Shown here piece after piece: positions 41,201 through 53,984 of a stretch of DNA of 64,000 nt (its first letter is position 1; each line of letters opens with the position of its first letter). The position numbers and the translations under genes were made by a program. The stretch comes from the human T2T-CHM13v2.0 reference genome, Homo sapiens. The notes under the pieces were generated by a model that was given only the letters and a program-made list of their open reading frames with translations, was not told the origin of the DNA and searched no databases. The stretch lies in NCBI RefSeq assembly GCF_009914755.1, contig NC_060931.1; one strand, 5' to 3'.

Positions 41201-44200
41201 CTCTGTTAAGAAGAGCTGATGCATCCACTCATTCTTGTTGGCTCTGAAATATATGTTACCAACATGAGACCATGACCTCTTTGCTGCTTTCTGCTCCGCT
41301 TTCCTTTGAGCTCTTTAGCGGTCAGGCTTAGTGATGCTATCCTCAATTTCTGCCTCTGGAATCTTTGGACTTTGTACTTCATGCATGCTCTTCCTTATAT
41401 TCCTGCAGGAATTAGGTCATCACTAATGACCTAATTTAGTGGTTTAGCTCATCACTGTGCCCTAACTCCCAACCATTTCCTTGAGTGGAAATTCTGTATG
41501 ATTTCCCTAGGAAATCATATAGAAGCCAGTCTTGCCTCCTAGACGTTTGACTAGAGCTGGGCTGGATAATCTCTGCCTACTCCCACTCCTCCTAAGGAAT
41601 TGCATGGAAGGAATTAGTTGAAAAAACAATGAATGAACAGTGTATGACAATTAATTCCAACCACCTAACATTATTTTTAAATGATGGAATTTTCTCTTTC
41701 CACATGCCAATGAACTTGAGATTCTAGGCGTTTCCCCTGTGATGAGTAATTTCATGAGCTCCATTTGATGGCTAAGGAATGTGGGGGAGAGTGAAGCAGG
41801 TGACAGACATAATTAACCAGGGGACAAGAGATTGTCCTCTAGTTGCAGCAGCAGGCTGGATAGCACAGGCATTGACTGACTCACACTGCCTCCTGATACA
41901 GAAGTCTTTATTTCATGTTCTGGCAGAGCAGGTATGTGGGCTGAGTAATTATAAATGCTTTTCAGAAGTATGGAGTTTAAAATAATTTCCTCTTGTAGTT
42001 TTCATAACAACTGGTGTTTGGCTTTTTACTTCTCTCAGTAGGCAGCAGGGCCAAGATGATGGATGTTCCCATGAGCCTGGGAGTGCACCCTACATGGCTG
42101 GCAGGTGAGAGACGCAGATTCTCACCTTGAGTAGGGAGAGAAGGGCATCGAGTTGATCAGAATTCAAGAACGGCCTGTCTGGCCTGTTCATGAACAGGGA
42201 AAGGAAACGGAAGAACATTCTGTCTCTTGTGGCCTCACTGCTGCTGGAGAGCAGAATTCACCACGGTGAACACAACTCTCTTTTTCTGACAGAATCAGTG
42301 AGAAGTAACTAGGATTGAGGTTTCTCTCCTCATCACCTAGCATCTTTAATCCGCTAGCCTGCAAGATGGCTGAGGAGCAGAAGATGTGATTTTGTCCAGT
42401 TTTACTAAACAATAGCTTTTCTTCATCTTAAAATATAATAAGAAAGCACTATAATGCTTAGATATTTCTGGAGTCGACATGAAGGTAACTCAGATAGAAT
42501 TCCCATATTTTGTATGCATCATGAAAATCTTCCTCTGTGCTTAAGGGAGGCTTTATGTGCAGTGATAAATCCAGACAGCGGGAAGCAGGGCGGGTGAGTG
42601 AGCGTAGGGTGACAGCTTCGATACTGCCTGTGCTGTTTGTGGGTTAATAAAGAGTAGCCAAATCTGATATACAAAATCATCTCAAAGGGAGAAATGAAGT
42701 GCATATAAGCTTGAGAGATGGGAGCCGCTTTGCTCTCTAGTGAATATGCATTTTCAGCAGCTAGATTAAGGATTCATTTTGTCCTTGACACAGCACGAAA
42801 TTCAATCTGCGCCTACTTACCCTACAGACAACAGCCTGCCAGGGGTCGTGCAAAGATTTTATAATGGGATAGGCAACAGCCTTAGCTAGCAAAATAAACA
42901 TTTGGGAAATTGTATTTCAGAATTGCTTCTCTCTCCTCACCCCCTCCCCCAACCTGTCATGCAATTCTGATTCAGTGAAATGCAGCATTTAATATGTTGG
43001 AAATAATTTTTGAACAGATGGGGGAAGAAGCAGGAGGGCAGCATCCCTTGCTGGCCTCAATGATCTTTCCACCTCCTCTTCTTTTTCAACAAACAACTCA
43101 AGCAGAGATTGTTTTTTCCCTTGAAAGAAAAGAAGAAAAAAAACAAAACCAGCATGAAAGTGTTTTTGGATTTGCTCTTCATCTTCCTTTGACATCTTTC
43201 TAAGTTGAGGTCTTTCTTGTGGCTTGAGAAGGTCGATTTGAACCTAACTACTGAGGTTTAGATATTTCGGAGAGAAGCTCAGGTTGTTTAAGAAGAAAGG
43301 GAGCAGACAGGTCGGAATGAGACTCAGAACCCTTTGTGTCTCTGGAACCATGAGAGAGAGTCTTCATACTCTCTTTATTGAACTACAAATATCTTTCCAG
43401 ATGAATACACTCCTAATCTAATTAGCTGTAAACAGGACTCCCGGGTGCCCCACTACTTAAGCAGAGGATGGCAAGAGCAGGAGAGGAGAGGGGCTGCTGC
43501 AGGGAGAATGCCTGACAGTGGATTCCTTTTCAGCGAATACAGCTGGGATGGGGTCATGTACGCACAGATGTGTTTTCTGCCTTATAGGGAGACAAAGGCA
43601 AAGAAGTATCAACTAGCCTCATAGAAGGCAGAAGGGCCCATTATGAAACAATGCCCACTTGTTTTTCTACAGCATTTACTGTGCTTGCCAGACAATACGA
43701 TCAGGTCCTTGGTGCAGCAAAGGAATGGAACGAAACATGTCTGGGCTTCCTGAAGGGTCTTGATTTGTAAATGCATTCCTACCATCAGACCCCAAGGGAG
43801 ACTCCTGCTGGTGTTTGAGGTCTTTAACTGGCACATGAGGCAGGCAGTACTCATAGGGTGCAATGAGACAACTCCTTCCTTTTTCCCACTGCACACTCAT
43901 CTGTGGTGCTAATTCATCCCTTGCCCTGGAAGAAAATCCAGACCAGCCCAATTATGCACATGCTCATTCTCAGAAACATACACTCTTCCGGTTATATTCA
44001 ATTCCATTTCAGAAAAGAAAAATGTTCAGTCTTCACAATTTTAAGTAAAACTTCTTGCTCCCTGTCCATCCTGGGCTTGAGGCTGATTATCTGCACCCAG
44101 GGATGGGAATGTGGTCCACTTTCTTTGTCTACTTGGCCAGCTTTTCCTTCCTCTTGCTGGCTGAGACTTGCGGTGGAGGGAGAAGAGGTACAGTCGGGTG

Positions 44201-45120
44201 TGATTGCCTCTAGCCGGGCAGATATCCAAAGCTGACTTTCTATAATGAGGGCTGTTGTGGGGCTCTTGAGAGGCACTGTGGGGAACAGGTGACTGAACTT
44301 GCCATGGTGGAGTGTGTGCATTCTCTGCACTCCACTAGTCACTTAAGTTTGCTGCTTCAGCCCTGCTCAGCTGGAGGTTAAGCCCTGTGAAGTCACCTTG
44401 CCCCTGCAGGCCATCCTCTGCAGGATGTCCAGTGGCCCAGGCTGGCTCTCCCTTCCTGGGGCTCATGTCCTTGTCCAGGGCCCACGCTCTTTCTGTCCTG
44501 CTGCCTCGGTCACTGCTCTTACATTCCCCATGGGGGTGTCCAACACCAGTCCTCTTGGGCTCAGTCTCTGCAGACCCCTATCCAGTTATCTTAGTGGCGT
44601 CTTTACAGTGAGGGGGAAGCACACTTACCTTCCCCGACAGGGAAAGCTGAGCCCCACTGTCCCTCTGACACTGGCCATTCCCAGCCTCAACTCTTCTGGA
44701 CCTTTGATTCTGGAGATAAGTGACAGGTTGCAGAATTGGCTTCACTCCCTTCCTTTGCAGGCTCTGTGGACATGGTCTCATCTTTCACTTGGAAGAAATA
44801 TTGGTGGTGGGAAGGTGGGAATAATTTGTCCACATTGTCTCAGGCCTTAGCTAAAATGTAGATAGAAATAAATAGTCCAATTTTTAACATTTATAAAAAT
44901 GATTCCCGATTTCTGACAAGGTAGCCATCATTATTTATACTTTTTAGATGAGGAAACTAAAGCTCAGAGTAAAGAAGTGAGTGTAGGTGGCTCAGCCAGG
45001 ATTTGAACACTGGTCTGTTTGAGTCAATGTCCGAGACTATTCTACATGTAAGTTAGGGGCTTGAGATTCTCCACTGGGCACTGTCATGACTGTGGAGTGA
45101 GCTTGGCATGTGGCTATCAG

Positions 45121-45250
45121 TAGGGTGGCCAGACATCCAGACTTGTCTGAGCCAGTCCAGGTTAATGCCTGTTGTCATGGCATAATTATGGGAGCAATCC
45201 CTCTTCTCTCAAAGTGTCCAGTTTGGACAATAAATTATATGCTCACCATA
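45121..45250 (+). mobile_element. MER94 hAT MITE
   Basis: agggtggcc...gtgtccagtttggacaataaattatatgctcacc. Confidence 0.75.
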
Positions 45251-45619
45251 ACTATTAATATTAGGAGCTGTTGCGGCGGGGAGGGGGGGGGGTCTGGTAC
45301 AAAGAGACAAAAAGCACCAGAAGTTTCCTAACAGGGATGGCTCTTTAGTAGTCTCCAAAGGCTGGCTGAGACCCTGTGGGAAGACCTGCAATTGGCAATG
45401 AGCTCTAGGCAGTCTCCCCCAGAGGAAGGATGCTGGGGGACAGCCCAAGGTCAACCCCAACCCGGTGAGTCATCTGGCTGGGGTAGGGTGGCATCTTGAG
45501 GAACCCTCATAAAGTATACGGGATGGGAAGGGTGCATCGTCCACTCTTGATTCCAGACTTCTGAGTTTGTTCATCTTGTTTCTTCCCCACTGTACTTTTC
45601 TAGCTTAGCACACTTTTAC

Positions 45620-46240
45620 TGGAATTACAACTAGAATTTTCCTAGCTGGTCTTGCTGCCTGATCCCCTCTCTCCCCCTAAACCAAATAAATTCATCCTGC
45701 CCACTGAAATCAGAGTAAATGTTCTAGAATTCAAATCTGCCCCTTTCTCAGTTTAAAACCCTTCAATGGCTCCTGCTTGCCTTCAGGATAAACTCCAGCC
45801 CTTTGAGATCTGCCTCCCATGCACCTCTCTAGGCTCTTGTCTCACTGTCCCACCTGGTGCTGGATGAGCTTTAGTTCAGCTGCACTGAGCTCCTCCTCAG
45901 AAGGCTGGACCCTCTTGCTTTCAAGCCTTTGCACGTACTCTTTCCTCTGCTAGGGCACGCCTTCCTAGGTTGACTGGGACCTGACTACCTCCAGCTCTGT
46001 TCCCCTGCTTTGAACACAGTGTCTCTCCCTTCAGGCAGCCTTTCCTCCAGTTTGCGGGGGAGCGTGTGCACATTACAGCACTAATGGCTCTAGAACTGCT
46101 ACTTGTTCGTCCGCATTGCCCCATGGGGTTTTAAGCTCTATGGGCACCAGGGATCTTTCCATCCTTTTCCCCATTGTCATCCGATCACAGGGCTTGGCAC
46201 ATAGTAGACCTGGCTAGCATTTGTTGAATTAATTGTTGCA
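45620..46240 (+). mobile_element. L2 3' fragment
   Basis: aaaacccttcaatggctcc...gggcttggcacatagtag...atttgttgaatt. Confidence 0.7.
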
Positions 46241-47069
46241 TGAACAGTGCTGTGCTGCTGGGCCTGCAGAGATGTGACTCTAGAATTTTTGCCTAAGTTA
46301 GAACTGACATTTTGTTTACACTTGCCACAAGCACGAAAAACCAGACAATGGAAACACGAGGTGTCTGAGCTCAACACACCTCATGGCTATTGGCTAAGCC
46401 TGGTATTCTTACCTAGGCTGACTCCTTGCACAAATGAAGAGATTCTGTAGATAATAGTTTTTAAAAATTGGAAGGTTTTTTTCTTTTTTTCTTTTTTCTT
46501 TTTTTTTTTTAAGGAGAATGCTCCATAATAGCAAAAAAAAAAAAAAAAAAAAAAGAATCGGTTTAACATCCTGCTGTAGGTGGGTGGTTTAGTAGATTAT
46601 TGCATGGCCCCTGAAAAGGTCATTACAGAGCAGCAATAAATATAATGAGTATAAAAACAAAGTCGTAATGAGGAAAATACTTATGAATTGAATAAAAGAA
46701 CTGCCAATTGCAAACTTGCTCTTCTTGTAACAGCATGACGTGTGTATATATAATATACATATATGCATACAAGGGGGAGTGCTGGAAAGAGTGCAAAAAT
46801 ACTGTGAAAAATTTAAGATGGTGGGGTTATTTTTTACTTCTTAAAATTAGCTCTATCATTGGCTTTATAACTTTTTTTTTTTTTAAAAAAAAGAATATTA
46901 AAGAATATTTCAAAACAAGCCTGATACTCCAAAATGTTAAGGTGACTCTCTCTGGGTGGTAGTATTAAGGAGGAATTTTAATAATTTCCAAATAATTTCT
47001 TTATTTTCACATTTTCTCAATCATATATTTAACATATATAATTAGATAAAAACAATAAAGCATATGCAC

Positions 47070-47430
47070 TCTCTTCCTTCTCCCACTCTGGGCAGTCATG
47101 CCTCCTTCCCCAATATCTTGATTGTGGTCACATGACTGGCTTTGGCTGTTGGGTTGATGGTGGACAGGGCACAGATTGCCTTGTTGCGCTTTGACATCAC
47201 CATGACAAGAAGACGCTCTGGATAGATTGCCCAGCCAAGAAAAATGAGAGACACATGGCACACACCTGGGCCCAGCCTGAAGCTTGGCGCCAAGACCAAC
47301 ATAGCTCAATTGAAAACAGCTGATCCCAGACCACCCCGGACGCACGGGTGAGAAGAAATGATGGTTGTTTTAAGTCACTGGAGATTTGGAGTGGTTGGTG
47401 GTTATTATTTTGACAATAACTTGGTGATAA
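47070..47430 (+). mobile_element. Old MLT1-type LTR fragment
   Basis: gtgagaagaaatgatggttgttttaagtcactggagatttgg. Confidence 0.5.
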
Positions 47431-48459
47431 AGCTTCATTTTCAGTATCAACATCCTGAGCAAAATGGATCTCTTATTCTTGTCCCGTCTCCTATTCTTAC
47501 CAAGTGGCCAGGCTGAGAGTGGCTGGGCCAATTTTTAGCTTGGAGAGGAATGTTAATCTAGAGAGATTTTAATAACCCCGGAACACTAGAGGCTTAAAAC
47601 AGGTGACAAAATGATGCTGAAACTGTAGTGTTGTTCCTCCTACCCGTAGTGTTATTACCATCTTGATAAGACTCGTGAATTCCAATGAACTGTTATGCCT
47701 GATTTGGGTTTCTCATCAGCCCATTCTCACAGGCATTTCTCAAAACAATTTACTGCCAAAACGTAGGAGTGGGGAGTAACCCAAACCAATACCAACAAAT
47801 GCTGTTCGACAGCACTTGAATCAATTCATTGCTGCAAACAGCAGATGAAAACGATTACAATCTAAATTTTACTTGTTAAGTCTCTAGGATGGGGCCGGCT
47901 GCTGGGCTTGCTGGAGTGATTTTCTTAAAATGTCTACTGGGTGGGCCCCTCTTTTTCCTGGAGAATTAGCACACTGCAGAGTGAGCCACTGTCCTCCTGG
48001 AGAAAGTGTGGGCCCCAGGTTACGAAAACACTCCTTTCCTCAGCCTCTGAGGCCAGAAGCAGGAACAGGGAGGACAAGTACAAGGATTTCAGGCAACCTC
48101 ATTAACGATCACCACTGCACTGCCAGAGCCGTGTGTCAGTCTACTTTGTCTGGTTGGAATTCAACATACTGGTCCGCAACATTTTCATAGACCTTAGCTC
48201 ATTGAAGCACACGGCCCTTCCTGACACTGTTACTATCATCATTTACAGAGTCTCTGGTTAAGCGGCTTGTTCAGGATTACGCTGACAGGCAGTCATTCCA
48301 CCACCTGTTAGTTGTATGACCTTGGGCAGTCCACACAACCTCTCTGAGAATCTGTAAAGTGAGGCAGTGTTGTAATAACACTTACCTTAGAGGGCTTTTG
48401 CAAAGATTGAATTAAAAAATGCATTGGTTTTCCTTAACTGGTTTCCTTAGCTATTTGCT

Positions 48460-50400
48460 TAAAACAAATAGAACAAACAAATCTCCAAGATCTTGAGCCA
48501 CAATATTTGGTACACACATAATACAAATTCAGTGAAGAAAAGTGAGAAAAAAAAAAGTTACCTATAATTCTACCATCCAAAGATAGCCAGTGGTAGGTAA
48601 CATGCTGACCTACAACTTTCCAATTATTTTTTTGTTTGCACACAGACACACATATATTCACAAAATTGGCTCATACATACTATTTTGTAACCTGCTTTTG
48701 TTGCTTAACCGATTATCATAAACATATTTCTTGCCCATAAATATGTCTATTAATATGTGTATTAACTGGTTGCACAAAATTTCATTGTACAAATATAGTA
48801 TATTTTTACATCCCCTATTTTTTGATTTTTAGTTTCTTTCCTCATTTTTGCTCTTATAAATAAATACCTCTGTGATGAATATTCCTGTACATATATTCTT
48901 GAGCAGATAATTGATCATTTTAAAAGGCAAATTTGCAGATGTGAAATTACAGATGTGAAATTTGCAGATGTGAAATTTTTAGTTAAAAATCACAAATATT
49001 TTAATGTTGCCTTATACATGTTGCCAGATTGCCTTTCAGAGAAGTTCTAGTAACTTCATCTCTTGTTGGTGAATTAACATGCCTATTTCACCATATTTTT
49101 GCTAAAACTGGGTCTTTATCACTTTTAACCTTTGTTTGTTTGACAACGATAAATGAATTGCATTGTTATCTTAATTTGTTTCTTACTGCTGAAAATGAAA
49201 CTTTTATATTTACTGGTTATGTTCTTCATCATTAAAAATTAGATTTTTTTCTTATTGCTACGTAGAAACTCTGTTAATTAGAGGATTTAAATCTTGCCTT
49301 ATATTTTGTAAGTATTGTTCTACTTTTACATTTCTCTTTTAATTTTGTGAATTTTTTTGACATTGTACACATTTGAAAATTGTATGTAATTATATCTAGT
49401 TTTTTTTGTGTGCTTCCTTTTACAATATTATGCTTAGAGAGACTGGAGTATTTCTTAAAATAATTTTTTTTCTGGGAAGGCATATGTCTGGTATATTTTC
49501 TGACTCTTTGAATGACTGAGAATAAGCTTCTGTAGTCCTCATGTGAGAACAATAGCTTGCCATACAGCACTTTCAACACAATTTTTCCTTCTTAAAATTC
49601 TGTAGAGAGGCTGTTCCGCTTTTTCCTGAAATTTAGTGTTTAGTGATAAGTCTGATGCCAGATGGATTTTCCCTCCTAGTATCTTCCCTCGTTGTTGGTT
49701 TGTTGGGCAGGATGATTCCAAGATTTTTCTTTATCCTTGGAATAAATAAGGAAAAGCAGGAAACACAGAGAGTCTATTTTATACCCTGGCCTGGCACGTA
49801 GTGGGGGTTGTGGGCTGAAGACGGATTTCCCCAACTCAAGAAAATTATCTTGTATTACTTATTTAGCCACAGCTTCCTCTCTGCCTGATGTCTTTTCTTT
49901 TTCTGCAGTTTCTATTCAATTGCCAGGACCTTTCCTGCATGCCTCTCTCCTCTCTTCCCTCTTGATTTTCACAACTAGCCTTTCTCCTGAGTTCCAGAAT
50001 TTCCCCAGCTGCCTGACCACTTTGCTCTCCTGTTTTCTGCACCATCCAACTTGCAAGTCAGTATTGCCACTGTATTTTTAGATCAGGTAGTTGTTTCACC
50101 TTAAGGCAGTCTTCCCTGATTTCTGAGTTCTTCTTTTTCATGTGTGCAATTTCCTCTCAATTATTGTTGAGAACCTGAAGTTAACATTTTGCAAAATGTC
50201 ACTCTCTTTCTTCCCATAAGCGTTTTTCAAAACAGCGCTCTTCATTTGTATTCTTGAGCAGTTTTCATATGTATCCGGATGTGTTTCCCCACTTGCTCAT
50301 CTTTACAGAGGGAGAGCTATGCTTGCCCAGTGTGGGGGCTTGGGAGAGGTTCAACCAGAGACTGTTTGAGTTCATGTTCAATTTATTTAATCTAGGAAGA
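48460..50400 (-). mobile_element. Ancient L1 (L1ME-like) fragments, including a 14-15 bp unit (cagatgtgaaatt) x3 at about 48930-48980
   Basis: T-rich antisense L1 3' UTR/ORF2 remnants; tandem unit directly visible. Confidence 0.55.
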
Positions 50401-50693
50401 GGAGGTCAAGGAAAAAATGATAATTTCTGCGGGTTAATTTCTCTGGATCAGTTTCAGTTTTCTGGGAGAGGGAAGAGGGAAGCACATCCATAGGTGGCTG
50501 TATGACAGGGCTTCCCCACCGTGCCCATGTCCCTTTCTCGAGGGCAGGGGCACCACCCCCTTCTCTAATGGACACGGTGGCTCTTGGGACGAGTCTGTTG
50601 TGGCACTGCCCCACATTTTTTATTGTGTTGTTTGATAGGTCCATCCAGAAGTAATGGCTGTGAGCTGCTATTCCCTGTGCAGTGCATCAGACC

Positions 50694-51833
50694 CGGGCAG
50701 GGCTTTATGTGTGTGCAACCAGTGGGTCCCATGAGGTCCTTCGCTTAGAAAGGGCCCTGCACTGGGTTTAATGCTCTGCTGCCCCACCTTGAACTTCTTA
50801 ACAATCTTATTTTTGAATTTGTGTTTGTTATGTGAGTGAAGTCCAGTGGGCCAACTGAGCATGTGTGAGCGAGGGGACTGGAAACGGGGTCGACTCTGGA
50901 TCCTGTCTCCTGCCACCTCTCAAGATGGGTTCCTGGCCACTCACTCCCCAGCCTGTCTTCTCCTTCTTGCCCTGCGACTGCTGCACCCTCCAACAAAGTG
51001 GCAATTAAATGGTGTCAATGGGGGAGGCCTGTGTTCCAATGTTAACCTTTGGTCCTTTTGGGAATCTGGGCACAGGCAAGAGGAAGATTGGGGTTGGGCA
51101 TGGTGGCAGCTGTCACCTGCCCCAGCCGGCAGTGCTGGCATCTGGTGGGCAGAGGAGACAAACTCATTACCCATCCAAATAATTAGCATGTTCCAGCACA
51201 GAGGTTTGAAGACTTTTGGGGGTCACCTGACTGCTGTGGACTGGGGAGACAGGCCCTGGGAAGGAGAGATTCCTGGCTTACCTGGGGACCCATGGAACAC
51301 TGGCAGGAGGAGGAACCCAGCAGCTCTCAGGCCTGAGTGTTTCAGGTTGGGAGCCTCAGTGCCTGGGAGGGTCTGTAATTGCCCTAAGCATCTCCTGGCC
51401 TGAGGAAGTGTTCAGTCTGGTGGACTTGTGCTCCTGGGAAGCCTCTATTCCTCCTTCCAAACTTCCCGAGTCTGGCTTGCCTTTTCTGTCTTCTGGGCAG
51501 CTGAAAGCACCCTCCAGGGACAAGCTACTACATAAGAATTGTGTAATTTCAGTGATTCCATCTGCATAGGAGTTCAGTGCTGTTACAGTGGCATGTAAAA
51601 CTGGCATTGCATAATGTGACGATGAACATAACATTTGTGTCAATAATTTAAAAATTTATTTTTTAGAATGACATTAAATAGCAAATAAGAAAATACCATG
51701 ACATATTGAGGGAGACTGCCAAAGAAAAGTGCTTTATATTTTAGCACCTTTAACGGAACTTTCGAACAAGGTTTGCTGAGGGCACCTGTACTTTTATTTT
51801 GCACTGAGCCCTGCCAAGTATGTAGCTATCCCT
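50694..51833 (+). mobile_element. Zaphod/MER91-family hAT-Tip100 relic, both ends present
   Basis: Left end gcttagaaagggccctgcactgggtttaatgctctgctg; right end ttttgcactgagccctgccaagtatgtagc; middle (about 50950-51560) unassigned. Confidence 0.6.
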
Positions 51834-52751
51834 AGGCACAGGTTTTGTTACATTTCCTCACGATAACTTATGGCCACAGGAAGCCCCAGCTGCAGGTGAC
51901 CCATCTGATACCACTGAACCCCCTGCTTGTGTGTGTGGCATTCAGACTGCCCTTCCCTGCACCCTCCAGCTCCCACCCTTTGCCACACAATCTCCCCAGG
52001 TGTTCGCACAATTTGAGAGGAAGATAATGGCCCTCCTGATAATGCAGCAGGTGTGTGCTCAGGTGATGAACTGGTAATATACAGGGTTGCCATTATATGT
52101 CTACCCCATATTTAGGTGTCATTCATCTGAGTAATGCATACAAATCTCTCTTATAGTGCCTGACACCTGATATAGAGTCAATAAATGTTGGTTTCCCTCC
52201 CCTTTCTTTGCCTTCTCTGTCATTGTTTGCAATTTTGCCTTGTGGCCCTCTTCTTTTTTTTTTTTATTAAAAAACCCTCCCAGACAGTCTCATCACTCTT
52301 TGGGAATGGATGGCGGGCTTGTCTGTCCCCTGATGCCTTCCGTGGAGCACAGCAGAGGCCATCAGGAGCCGAGCAGCCTGCTCTGCCCAGAGCTTCTTGC
52401 TTGCTCAGACGAAAAACAAGCTGGACAGGCCCCGGAGTGCCTCATCCTGACCTCCACGGGGAAGCCGGCCCGGTGGGCTTTGTCCTTTCTGTGCATTCTC
52501 CACCTTCTTGACTCCCCACTGCTGCCTTCAGGGTTCCTGGCAGCAGCTGGGCTGAGGCTGGGGAGGTGAGTAGAAGGAACCTTTTGCCATTTGTCTAGGA
52601 CTGAAATGACTGTGGATATGCCTTTCATGGCAGATTTTGCTAAAGAGGGAAATTTGCACCTGTGTGGAGTTGGCATCCCATTTAGAGAGAGCAAGAGGAA
52701 ACAAAAACAAAGGCCAGCACATCTGGAATGATTACTGCCAAAATTACTTAC

Positions 52752-52846
52752 CAAAGACATCTGCGACGCTGTGATCCATTCAGGAGAGATGTGAAAATGA
52801 GCCCCAGCTGAGTCTCCCAGCAAAATGATTCCCCTGGGCTGTGAAC
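52752..52846 (-). CDS. AOAH: AOAH coding exon (probably 11), 95 nt, catalytic serine: (G)SQPRGIILLGDSAGAHFHISPEWITASQMSL
   Basis: GDSL/SGNH block I motif LLGDS; acceptor gcctag, donor gtaagt; inside ORF 52362..52949. Confidence 0.98.
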
Positions 52847-53954
52847 CTAGGCAGCACAATTTATTCACATTATTTATGCACTCAAGTAGTTTGGAACCTC
52901 CAGACTGGGTAGTTATAAGAGCGGATACCCTAGTGTGTATTCCAGGCACCGAGCATTTTCACAGTAATGCGTTACCACTTTTCGCATGTTTGAGAGTGAG
53001 GGGCATAGCATTTCGGAGCTGAATGAGATTTCCAGGCCATTGGAGCTGCTAGCTAAGATGTAGAGATGCAGGTGTGTTTCCCAGCTCAGCATAAAACATC
53101 TTGAGTGAATGATGGATGAATAAGTGAATCAAAGCTTTATCTGAAATCCGAAATATACCCAAATTTTGGTTCTGGAAATTGCTTTCTTGAAAACACACCA
53201 ACGTCCATTACAATTCACTTTAAGGGTTAATGATCTTATGGAGCAATTTTGATTTTTCAAGGATGTTATGGTCTTTTAAAGCCTTTAATCCATACAGGCA
53301 AAAACACTGGATAGATGATTCTGACTGATGGAGACACGGAGATAGAAAGGTCTGTATGCAGCCCTGTTTGTTTGGAGGTTCACAATCACTTCATCTGACT
53401 CTGAGGCCCATCCACACGAATCAGTCACCTGTGAACTCATTCTTCCAAATTCCTTAAGATCCTGAAAGACTGAATTGATGCCTCCCAGAGGCAGAGAGAG
53501 GCACCTCCTTTTTCCACTTCCAAACTCCTCAAGTCATGCAAGAGGGTGGCCTAGTCTCACTGCAGTGGCTCCCCAGGCTGGGCTTCATGGAAACCACTAT
53601 TTGGCCACAGAAATGGGGACTGAGAAGGCCCAGGACATCCTGGAGGGCACAGGGAGAGTGGGATGTGGGGAATCTAAGAGGCTTTGCACCAGGGTTTCAC
53701 CTAGATCTGCATATATTTCATTCATTGGTTTAGTTGTTCATTCATTCTTTATTCATCCAACAAATATTCCTAAACTGCATAAATATGTAATGAGCCTTTA
53801 CATTTTCTATTCCTCTTCCTGCCCTCTGAGGGCTTAAAGACAATTAGGCTTTAAGTTGATACACAGCAAAGACTATATACTTTTTGTCCAAGAAAACTCA
53901 GAGCCAAGTATAACCGTTGGTTAGAATTGGACTTGTTGTTCAGAAAATACCTGT

Positions 53955-53984
53955 TGAATGAGTGAATGAATGAATGAATGAATG
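53955..53984. repeat. (GAAT)n microsatellite, L2-tail type
   Basis: Directly visible. Confidence 0.85.

Noticed and set aside
42500-42860. Slight CpG enrichment and a GC-box
   Set aside because: Too short and sparse for a CpG island; no other promoter evidence.
50846-51403. 185-aa plus-strand ORF
   Set aside because: GTG start, no recognisable domain, lies within a hAT relic in GC-rich sequence; consistent with chance.
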